Source: Octopus sinensis (Eukaryota). Taken from it: a stretch of DNA of 64,000 bases. The notes under the pieces were generated by a model, which saw only the letters and a list, made by a program, of their open reading frames with translations, did no database searches and was not told where the DNA came from. A program made the position numbers and the translations under genes. The stretch is taken from assembly GCF_006345805.1 (NCBI RefSeq), contig NC_043003.1:24180001-24244000 (forward strand), read 5' to 3'. This document shows, in pieces, positions 52,790 through 64,000 of this stretch. Numbering within the stretch: position 1 is the first letter of the stretch; every line of letters starts with the position of its first letter.

Positions 52790-53054
52790 GCAACTTGAAG
52801 ATCCATCCGCCAAACGCGATAGACTGGCGGTTGCACGGGCGCGAAGGCTACGTTGTTATCCTCATTCCGTAAACGGTGGCTTTTAACGGGTGGAGAGCTA
52901 AACCATCCTGGGGTACAGAAGATTTGCAATCTAGAATAGGGTCTGAAAGTTTACCATACCATAGTGGGTTACTCATAGTTCCCGGTCTGGGAATCGAAAC
53001 AGCGTTCTTACGACCACGAGTCCGCTCCCCTAACCGCTGGGCCATTGCGCCTCC
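52790..53054 (-). mobile_element. SINE head A fused to an unrelated body
   Basis: ~75 nt of tRNA-Arg-like head, followed by sequence with no match elsewhere in the window. Confidence 0.65.
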
Positions 53055-53394
53055 ACTGGTGCTGTTGGTACTGCTGTCGCAATTGTTGTCGCTGCAGTCT
53101 GATATTGTTGCTGTTGGTGTTGTTTTGACTGTTGCATTTATTCTTTATGATACTGTGACGCTCAATATCAGACTGGCAGAAGAAAATATATTACAGTAAT
53201 GACCATACCACACTTTTGTATAAAGGGAGCTCAAAGGCCCCATGAATCATAGCTGTTCTCGTTGCTATTAATATGCTTTTGTTTGGCCCAAGTCCACCCT
53301 AATAGGTCAGATGGCTTCCTGCCGTGACAAACAAAATAATACACGTTCCAATATATCATGAGATACAAATAAGGTAATACTTTCTTTTCAAACA

Positions 53395-53781
53395 TATAAT
53401 AGGAGCACTCCGTCGGTTACGACGATGAGGGTCCCAGCTGATACGATCAACGGAACAGCTTGCTCGTGGAATTAACGTGCAAGTGGCTGAGCATTCCACA
53501 GACACGTGTACCCTTAACGTAGTTCTCGTGGATATTCAGCGTGACACAGAGTGTGAGAAGGCTGGCCCTTTGAAATACAGGTACAACAGAAACAGGAAGA
53601 AAGAGTGAGAGAAAGTTGTGGTGAAAGAGTACAGCAGGGTTCACCACCACCCCCTGCAGGAGCCTTGTGAAGCTTTAGGTGTATTCGCTCAATAAACACT
53701 CACAATGCCCGGTCTGGGAATCGAAACCGCGATCCTACGACCGCGAGTCCGCTGCCCTAACCACTGGGCCATTGCGCCTCC
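53395..53781 (-). mobile_element. tRNA-Arg-derived SINE (head A + tail X)
   Basis: Reverse complement of the same family, with a 14-bp TSD TTTCTTTTCAAACA. Confidence 0.9.
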
Positions 53782-54046
53782 TTTCTTTTCAAACACACAA
53801 ACGCTGATAGAACACCCGAGATAGGATAAAATATCCTTATGAAGCGGGAAAATGTCAGCAACCAGTTACATGCCTTGCTGCTGACATATTTTTCCGCTTG
53901 GATATTTTATCCTGCCTTGCTCTTCTAGCAGATTTTGTGCGTTTGGAAATATATTATTATATTATTTGTATCTCGCAATACACATTTCAGCGCGTTTAAA
54001 GCAAACATTGATTTGTTTACATTCAACATATATGTGTGTGTGTGTG

Positions 54047-54095
<49 letters not shown>

Positions 54096-54169
54096 CTGTG
54101 TATATAGTCATACACACTCATACATACACGCACACATGCATATGTACATGTATATATACTAATATATGT

Positions 54170-54550
54170 GGAGGTGCAATGGCCCAGTGGTTAGGGCAGC
54201 GGTCACATAGTATCGTGGTTTCGATTCCCAGACCGGGCGTTGTGAGTGTTTATTGAGCGAAAACACCTAAAAGCTCCACGAGGCTCCGGCAGGGGATGGT
54301 GGTGATTCCTGCTGTACTCTTTCACCACAACTTTCTCTCACTCTTACTTCCTGTTTCTTTTGTACCTGTATTTCAAAGGGCCGGCCTTGTCACTCTCTGT
54401 GTCACGCTGAATATCCCCGAGAACTACGTTAAGGGTGCACGTGTCTGTGGAGTGCTCAGCCACTTACACGTTAATTTCACGAGCAGGCTGTTCCGTTGAT
54501 TCGGATCAACCGGAACCCTCATCGTCGTAACCGACGGAGTGCTTCCAAAG
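54170..54550 (+). mobile_element. tRNA-Arg-derived SINE (head A + tail X)
   Basis: Highly similar to 61289-61673, with an ACTAATATAT flank duplication. Confidence 0.9.
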
Positions 54551-55045
54551 AAACTAATATATAAAGGGCGATTACAAAAGAGGTGAGAGTTAATTACGTC
54601 TATAACATGCACGCTTATGAGTATACATGAGGTATAAGAATCCATTTGATCGTGTAATCTGAATATACATACATGTGTGATTTTATAGGTATCCAATAAA
54701 CGTTACTTATTATTTTATGCGTGCGCTATTCGGGGCTATCAGCGTATGTATGTGTGTTTGACAAATTCAAGACAGTGTATATTCAGCAGATAGTATATGT
54801 ATGGAAGTGTATATTCATTGATACTAATATATATTGTTATGCATATGTGTGTGTATAACATATAGGTACCTATATATACACACATATATATATATAGATA
54901 TAGATATGTATGTATATATATTTTACACACACACATATATAATATATATATATATATATACACAGTATATATATATATATATGTATACATATAACTTAGA
55001 ATAACTTAGAAAGGTTTTGGCCAGTATATATATACATATATATGC

Positions 55046-55096
<51 letters not shown>

Positions 55097-55140
55097 AGAT
55101 ACATATATGTATTCATATATATATATACATATATATGCAC

Positions 55141-55179
<39 letters not shown>

Positions 55180-55197
55180 AGATACATATATGTATAC

Positions 55198-55231
<34 letters not shown>

Positions 55232-55695
55232 CATTTGTTCACAGTAATCTGATATATCACTTACTTAAAATAATAGAAATTGCTCACAGTTTTACGTGAA
55301 AATTCTTCCCTTGTTTAATAAAAGCAATAAAAGAAAAAGATTTTGTCATTAACCAAATGGCAAGTTATTATACAATTATCGAAACCCTAATTTAATATAA
55401 TTCTGAGAGCGGTAGGTATTTTTCAAAATCTTTTAAGTTGTTTTATTGAGAAATAGGAATATTTTAAGTAGATCGCAAATTTAAATGGGAAATAAAGTGT
55501 GCCTTTTACATTGACGTGTGTCTGATAACCGATATCGATATATTTAAAGGAAGTCAATTGACACTACACTGAAAATTGGATTTGATATGTATATATGTAT
55601 ATATATATATATATATAATATATATATATTATAATATATATATATATATATTATATATATATTGTGTGTGTGTGTGTGGTGTGTATGTATATATA

Positions 55696-55900
55696 TCTTA
55701 TATATATTAAATTGAAGTTTTCTCTGTGTGTGTGTGTGTGTATACAAAAATTTAATTACTGCAATAACTTCTACATATTTCATCCGTTTTCTTTAAAATT
55801 TGATACACAGCTGTTTCATATTCCAGACCCGAATATACGTAACTTAGATTTCTAAAAAAAAATCGATATTAGGGCCTCTAGAGCGATGGGAAACCAACAA
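55696..55900 (+). mobile_element. Probable Helitron 5' fragment
   Basis: TCTTATATATATTAAATTGAAGTTTTCTCTGTGTG resembles the 5' end of 39364. Confidence 0.4.
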
Positions 55901-56325
55901 TAGATGATCCCTATTCATTTGCATGAATCAGCTGTTTTATAATCTGCAGGATCTTCCATAATTTCTTAATCTTTATATAAAAGTGAAGAGAATTTGTCTA
56001 TTTATTCATTTTGTGCAAGGGAATAATTCGATTACCTCAACCCCAGTGAACATCTGGTACTTATTTTATCGACCCCGAAAGGATGAAAAGTAAGGTCGAC
56101 CTCGGCGGAATCTAAACTCAGAGCGTAACGGCAGACGAAACATCGCTAAGCATTTCAGTATCACTACATGGAATCTTGATCAAATGTTTTTTAACATAAA
56201 TATGCGCTCATCATACTTCTATCCTCGTGTAGGACAGACTATTTGGAATTCGTTCGATCTTTCCATTTTAAAATTGCAAATCTCTTGCACACACCGTGTC
56301 CCACTGATACTACATTCTTTTTTCT

Positions 56326-56625
56326 TTTTATTTGTTTCAGTCATTTGAATGCGGCCATGCTGGAGCACCACCATTTAGTCGAACAAACCCCCCCCCCCAC
56401 ACCTTGACTTATTCTTTGTAAGCCAAGAAATTAATCTATGGGGCATTTTTGCGGAAATTCTAGCTTACGGGTACGTGAGCGCACCAACATCGGTTGTCAA
56501 GTGAGGTGGGGAGGACAAACAGAGACACACAAGTACATAACACAATATATATATATATATATAATATATAATATATATATATATATATATACACATACAT
56601 ACATATTCACATATACATATATATA

Positions 56626-56713
<88 letters not shown>

Positions 56714-56872
56714 GACGGGCTTCGTTCAGTTTCCGTCTACCAAAGAAACTCACAAGTCTTTGGTTAGCCCACACCTGCAGTAGAAGACAATTGATCAAGG
56801 TATCACTCAGTGGGACTGAACCCGGAAGCATGTGGTTGGGAAGCAAGCCTCTCACCACACACCCACTCCTGT
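56326..56872 (-). mobile_element. Family C SINE with expanded internal (TA)n
   Basis: Family C head and tail motifs. Confidence 0.8.
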
Positions 56873-57445
56873 ACCTGAATATTTTCTTAAGATGCACATG
56901 TCCGTGGTATACTCAGCCGCTTGTATGCAAATTGAATGAGCCTGTAATTCAGTTGATTGAACACCTGGAATATTTATTGAGAAAACCGACCATGGAATTT
57001 ACTTTATTATATCTGTAAGATCTTTTTTAAGTAGATATAAATATTCATATATTCATTAATGTATAGAGCCGGGCGTATATGTGTGTTTGCGTGTGTGTTT
57101 TGGTATTTTTTGTATATGTGTTTCCGTGAGTGTGTATTGGTTGCTTGGTGTGATATGCGAAGGTAAATAAACTGATGTATATATGGTTCCATGCATATAC
57201 GATTAAATATGCATTCACACACACATACACAAACACACACACACACATACACACACACACAGCAATGTACACATGTGCACATACACACACACAGGTACAC
57301 ACATAAGCAATTGCATGTAAGAATATACGTCATATATGTGAGTTTCAACGCAGAGAAAATGATACATATACGCACACATATTCATACATAAATATATGTG
57401 TGTATATACGCACACACACACACACACGCAGATGCGCGGACTCTA

Positions 57446-57481
<36 letters not shown>

Positions 57482-57932
57482 CATACACATGAATGTACGA
57501 ACACACTGACATGTATGCACATGCATCTACACATTCCAGTATACTTAAATACGTATCTACGTTACGTACATACATACGTAGGTACACGTATATGTGTGTG
57601 CATGTCTCTCTACACAAATGTGCGTGTGTGCGCCCGCGTGTATGTGTATGGAATGTGTATGTATGTGCGTATCCTTGTCTATGCCTTTCATTAAATATGC
57701 ATAAGTTATATTTCACCAACAGAGTTGAAAAACATACCCTATGATATATAGGGATGCGTAGGAATTCATAGCAATATATTTCATTCACGTTTGTGATCTC
57801 CCATAGCATTAAATAAACGTTTTCACTTCTATAATATATTTTTATGTATAAATATATATACGTTTCCTTTTTATAATTAGAAAAATATATAACATATGAA
57901 TATGTATTTAAAATATATTCTCTTCTTTTTCT

Positions 57933-58184
57933 GCGCCGCTTTCAAGCCTAGCTAGGCTCATGGGTTCCTCCCAGCTGGACGGGACGCCAGTCCATCGCAG
58001 CGTTACTCAAAAAACAAGAAGAGAGAGAAAGTCGGGACGAAAGAGTACAACTGGGGTCGCCACCACCCCCTTGCCAGAGCCTCGTGGAGCTTTAGGTGTT
58101 TTTGCTCAATAAACACACAAAACGCCCAGTCTGGGAATCGAAACCGCGAGTCCACTGCTCTAGCCACTGGGCCATTGCGCTTCC
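57933..58184 (-). mobile_element. SINE, head A + tail Y
   Basis: Head and body match 61289, but the 3' part is GCGATGGACTGGCGTCCCGTCCAGCTGGG. Confidence 0.8.
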
Positions 58185-58929
58185 ACATAATAATATATTA
58201 TTATGCATAAATATATATACGTTTCATTTTCATAATTAGAAAAATATATAACATATAAATATATATTTACAATATATACTAAAACGTAATAATGATTGTG
58301 TTGTTTTTGCTGAGACTTCATTTTTTTGTTATAGATTAATATATTTTACGGTTGCTTTATTTTTGAAATGGTAAGGAAGGCGGTTCGTGTCTTATTAAAT
58401 ACCCTAGAGGAAGTACCAGTAAAATCCCAACGGCTTAAATTCAATAATCATATTAATCTACGAGCAGCATCTGATTATTGGTGCATGTTAAAATACAATT
58501 TAAATTACCATTTTATTTTTATGAAAAAGAAAAATAGATATTTGATAAATTTACATAACTGAATTTATTTCAATATAAATTTTCCCTTAAACTGTTTAGA
58601 TTTATCGTTTTTCACAAATTTAAATAGTATTTTCATATAATATTTTTCCTCCTTTCGTTTTTTTTTTCTTTTACGCTTTACAGTTTTATATTTTCTCAGT
58701 AACTTTTAATTCTGTTTTTCTTTTCTCTTAATTAATTCCGTTTTATTTTACACAATATTTAATTACTTTAAAGAGACTTTAATTGCTTTCAGAAATAGAA
58801 ATATTCATAAATTTTTCCATAATGATTCTCATTTAGATGTTACTTTATACAAAAATGCGTCGCGAAGATAAGTAATAAATAGTAGTAAGTAAATAATTTA
58901 TGTACTGTAAGAAATAAATATCTCTTTCA

Positions 58930-59264
58930 TTGCTTTCTTGTTTCAGTCATTGGGCTGCGCTCATGCCGGAGCATCTCGCCGAAGTGTTTTAGTCGAAATA
59001 ATCCACCCTCTTTCATTTAAAGTTTGGTATTTATTCAATGGATCGTTTATACTGAACCGCTAAGTTACCGGTTTTTGAGCTGCGGGTGGGGCAAAATAAA
59101 GACACACACACACACACACACATACATACATACATACATACATACAAACATACATACATACATACATACATACATACATACATACATACATACATACATA
59201 CATACATACATACATACATACATAATATATATATAATATATATATATATTATATATATATATAT

Positions 59265-59355
<91 letters not shown>

Positions 59356-59535
59356 ATATATATATATACACACATAAACGACGGACTTTCACGCAGTTTC
59401 CGTCAACCAAATCCACTCACAAGGGATTGGTTGGCCTGGTGCTATAGAAACAGACACTTTACCAAGAGGTGCTGCACAGTGGGACTGAACCCAAAATTAC
59501 ATGATTGCAAAGCGTGCTTCATAGCCACACAACCA
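58930..59535 (-). mobile_element. Family C SINE with expanded internal microsatellite
   Basis: Family C head and tail motifs around (CATA)n(TA)n. Confidence 0.75.
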
Positions 59536-60775
59536 TGCTCGCAACTACAGCTAGTAGATGTAGTTCTCTATAGTGGGATACTAATTATCCCAACGCACAT
59601 GATTTACCTACATTTCCTCAAACGTGAGTTGAATGTATTATTTTGATTCATTCGACTTTTTAAATGTTAGCTCAACTGAGATTGATCGTTTCATAGTCTA
59701 ATATGTTTTGTTTCAAGTACTAAAATGTTTCGTTTCAAATACTGCAGGGTAGAGAGAAAGTGACATACAAAACGCCATGAAGTATTTAGCCGCGTCCCTT
59801 AATGTTCTTAGTTCAAATCCAGTCAGGATCGACTTTACCTTTCGCAGAATGAAGATAAAATATAGCACTGCTCAAGTGACGTATCAATATTATCAGGTAG
59901 ATTCATTCTGCTCAATGCGTGCTCTCGTGCCAATGTTAAAAATTAATAACTAGGAAAAGAAAAAGAAGACCTGGATTCAACTCTGATCTTTATCTTTTGA
60001 CCTGCAGATTTAAAAAATAATTTCGGGAATTTCAACCAATCAATGACGTGTAGTCAAAAGGTAAAACTCCTTTAACTTAACCATTATATTATATAAAAAC
60101 TGACCATGAACACTAAATGTCTGATGTTTCGTCAGTGTGTAGGTAATCTAAAAGTTCTGTCAGGCAACGCCCGTGCATTTATGTGTACAGTCATGGTTCT
60201 GTTGTTAAGGTGGTCGCAGTGATATCAAACCTGCAGATCCAGGTTCTGTCTCACTCCACAGCAACATACACAGGGGTCAATCTTCTATAATAAACTCACA
60301 TCGAACACAAACCATCTAACTTGACATTGTAGACGGAAGCTAAGTGGAAACTTTTCGAGTGAACAGCATCTGTTCTTCGATGGTAAGCATAATCTGTCAC
60401 TTGGTTTTTGCGTACCTTAACCAGAACACACTCGGCTAAATGCCTCAGGGCCAACTTTTCCTTTCTTAGAATTTAACTTTCTTTCTGCCTTCTACCAGTA
60501 TCAAATACTATTGAATAAAATTGTGCACACTAATCTACCACCTCTAAATAACATCGCAGGTTGAAGTACACGTCTTTAATAAGGCCGGTGAGAAGCGTAT
60601 GTTGTTCTCATGAATGGTCAATGGGAAGATGATGACATCGCTCCGATATGTACTCTTTAACACCTGTTTATGAAGACATTTGTCTCTCAGAAGAAACCAC
60701 AGCATCATATATTTCAATGGTGTTTACTCGTCAGCTATGACACAAAGATGGCTATTTCAATATTATGATGTTGCA

Positions 60776-61020
60776 AAGGCGACGAGCTGGCAGACACGTT
60801 ATCACGCCGGGCGAAACGCCTAGCGGTATTTCGTCTGCCGCTACGTTCTGAGTTCAAATTCTGCTGAGGTCGACTTTGCCTTTCATCCTTTCGGGGTCAA
60901 TAAATTAAGTACCAGTTACGCACTGGGGTCGATGTAATCGACTTAATCCGTTTGTCTGTCCTTGTTTGTCCCCTCTGTGTTTAGCCCCTTGGGGGTAGTA
61001 AAGAAATGGGTATTTCATCC
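60776..61020 (+). mobile_element. Family M SINE; a related 3' half lies at ~61795-61990
   Basis: Family M head, core and linker. Confidence 0.8.
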
Positions 61021-61288
61021 GCCTGTAGCTTTATCTCCGGCCACGAGTTAAGATCGTTTTGTACTTTTCACTTGAAAAGGAAAGTGTGGCTGGAGAAGAG
61101 ATGCCTGTCGGAGAATGTGTTAAAAAAAAGATGGAAGCATGTTGCACGAGTGCTGAGCGTGCAAGAAACCATGTGAATAGGCTATAGAAGAAAAGCAAGA
61201 GATGAAAGAAGAACCAGCGATAGATCGGGGCTTATGGGATCGGAGCAAGGGTGATCATCGCTACATTTGTATCATATTTGTATTGTGT

Positions 61289-61673
61289 GGAGGCGCAATG
61301 GCCCAGTGGTTAGGGCAGCGGACTCGCGGTCGTAGGATCGCGGTTTCGATTCCCAGACCGGGCGTTGTGAGTGTTTATTGAGCGAAAACACCTAAAGCTC
61401 CACGAGGCTCCGGCAGGGATGGCGGTGATCCCTGCTGTACTCTTTCACCACAACTTTCTCTCACTCTTACTTCCTGTTTCTGTTGTACCTGTATTTCAAA
61501 GGGCCGGCCTTGTCACTCTCTGTATCACGCTGAATATCCCCGAGAACTACGTTAAGGGTACACGTGTCTGTGGAGTGCTCAGCCACTTACACGTTAATTT
61601 CACGAGCAGGCTGTTCCGTTGATTCGGATCAACCGGAACCCTCGTCGTCGAAACCGACGGAGTGCTTCCATCC
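61289..61673 (+). mobile_element. tRNA-Arg-derived SINE (octopus OR-type; head A + tail X)
   Basis: Pol III A/B boxes, a TCG anticodon-like loop and a 13-bp TSD ATTTGTATTGTGT (61276-61288 / 61674-61686). Confidence 0.9.
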
Positions 61674-62814
61674 ATTTGTATTGTGTATTTCATTCGATTC
61701 TTATATATTTTATATACTTTTTATATCCATATTTATGTAATATCATAAGGCGTTACTGACCCCAATCAGTTGTTTTGTCCCATTCTTTGTATAGCGCCCC
61801 CTGTGAGTAATAAAGAAATTGGTATCTCATCCGTCTTTACGTTCTGAGTTCAAATTCCGCCGAGGTTGACTTTGCCTTTCATCCTTTCGGGGTCGATGAA
61901 TTAAGTATCAGTTGTGTACTAGATTCGATCTAATCAGCTCGCACCCTCCCCCAAGATTTCAAGCTTTGTGCCTAGAGTAGAAAAGAATATTATGATGTTT
62001 CAATCGCACCAATATTTCTCTTGTCTTTCCGGTTGTTGATATTACCTGTTGGTTACCATTTCTAACACAAAGCTATCACGCAATTTTGTTTGCTGTTCTT
62101 GTTTTGTTTTTTGTTTTTTTGTAAGGTGGGGTTGCTTTTTGTTTATGGCGTGTTTTTCTTAGGTGGAGCTGGCTGGCAGGAAGCAGGAATGAACTCACAA
62201 CGTACAAAACCCAATCTTTTGTCACTTCCTTCCATTCCATTGTCTGTTCCCGGTACTTTATTTAATGATTTCAAATTAAGGAAAAACAATATAATCCTCA
62301 GTGGCATTTGGACTCAGAGGGTTGGAAGAAATAATGTTTTATGTGTTCTGACGTTCAAAAGACTCTGTCGCAGTTCGCCACTTGAGATTAAACAAAACAA
62401 AAAGGCCATACATATAAAATGACTATTTTGGTTCTCGTTATAATATGCGAAAGTTACTTTGAGCAATATCCTTCATAAAAAATCTATTTTGTTTTCCAAG
62501 ACTTTCACATCGTATGAGAAAATGATAAATAGATATTGATTTACCATAGTTATTTCATTAATAGATGTATTGGAGATGGCGGCGGCTGACATTTAATTTG
62601 ACAACGTTAGTTACTCTGGAATTAGAATAGCCTCGGATTTAGGCTCAAGACCAGCAATTATAAGAAGGCCGATACTATCGACCCCAGTACTTTACCTTAT
62701 CTACACCGGAGCAATTCAGAACGTAAATACTTTTTTATGCGCCCTTTTCAAGCCTAGCCAGGCTCATGCGCTCGGTTTCCCGGTTTCTGTGGCGTATGTT
62801 TTTCCCCCAGCTGA

Positions 62815-63157
62815 TTAAGTCGATTATATGCGTAACTGGTACTTATTTAATCGACCCCGAAAGGATGAAAGGCAAAGTTGACCTCGGCGGAATTTGAACT
62901 CAGAACGTAGTGGCAGACGAGATACCTATTTCTTTACTACCCACAAGGGGCTAAACACAGAGGGGACAAAGAAGGACAGACAAACGGATTAAGTCGAGTA
63001 CATCGACCCCAGTGCGTAACTAGTACTTAATTTATCGACCCCGAAAAGATGAAAAGCAAAGTCGACCTCTGCAGAATTTGAACTCAGATCGTAATGGCAG
63101 ACGAAATACCGCTAGGTATTTCGCCCGGCGTGCTAAAGTATCTGCCACATCGTCGCC
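62815..63157 (-). mobile_element. Dimeric family M SINE
   Basis: Head-core-linker-core on minus. Confidence 0.8.
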
Positions 63158-64000
63158 CTCTACTTCTCAACTTATAATGTCGTCATTCGAGAAATGAAAG
63201 TCAAAGTCTATTCCGATGGGATTTGAACCCAGAGCCAAAGAAGATAATTGCTAATTGCTATAGATAATTAATGATCATTTGTCGCTCTTCTGGGTTCAGC
63301 ATTCTGACCACTTTCTCTATAAATATACATTAATATCGTATAATTGATATGTCAGATAAATTATCGACTATTTTACGTAGAATTATGAGTGGATATTATA
63401 TTTAGTAACGTGCTTCCTCTGATCTGCTACTCCGGGAACACCATTATTCTCTGAAAGGAAATATTAAACTCCTTTATTTTCTTTAGTTATTTTTTTTATT
63501 GTTACACAGATAAGAGTCAGTGGGAAATTTAACACAGTATTATATCCAGCGGATGTGATAATATAATTTTATCCATAACCGCTTAAAACCAAAGAAACGT
63601 GTAGGCTGCAATTGATCGCAATAAATAAAGCGATTTGTTAAAATTGTTTTTCATATTGTATTACTTATAAAGATTAACAAAAATATGATGAAATTTTGTT
63701 TTTTCGTCATTCTCAAGACTATATATTAAATAAATTGTTTATTTATTATTACAATATTGATATCTTTTTTTTTTTCATATACGAAATTCTCAATATACTC
63801 ATTTATATAATATTTCAGATAAATAAAGGTACACCACTTGTCAAAATAATGGCATGGCAGATTCAGAGTTTATATCTCAATAGACGGAGATTAAACATCT
63901 CTTTTCTCCGGTGCCTTTTATTCTGAGTGCTGTGGGGGAAATGTTAGAAATAGAGGATAGAGGACATCGGCAAGTTTTCTGTAAGTATATGATAACATAC

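Noticed and set aside
60540-60680. Possible minus-strand exon (acceptor near 60665)
   Set aside because: No recognisable protein motif, weak donor, and no partner exons.
61289-61365. tRNA-Arg(TCG)-like gene (also heads at 54170, 53781, 37693)
   Set aside because: The acceptor stem does not close and the sequence continues into SINE bodies with TSDs, so these are SINE heads.

Overview
AT-rich, microsatellite-dense animal genomic DNA, most consistent with a cephalopod (octopus-type) intronic or intergenic region. This is inferred from the SINE families, tail motifs and simple-repeat load. I found no convincing host protein-coding exon, and almost all listed ORFs are translated microsatellites. 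The window contains: three abundant tRNA-derived SINE groups; decayed CR1-, RTE- and RLE-type LINE fragments; a full-length decayed Chapaev3-like DNA transposon with TIRs and a TAA TSD; an internally deleted Tc1/mariner; non-autonomous Helitrons; and one 100-N gap. The most striking unexplained structure is a set of at least five or six unrelated, non-coding elements carrying type I hammerhead ribozyme (HHR) motifs. They occur as tandem or head-to-head inverted copies, mostly abutting (TA)n tracts. One is a ~490-bp HHR-containing tandem unit (retrozyme-like), and in two palindromes the fold-back point lies inside hammerhead stem II. All structures were read by eye, and no database searches or folding programs were run.
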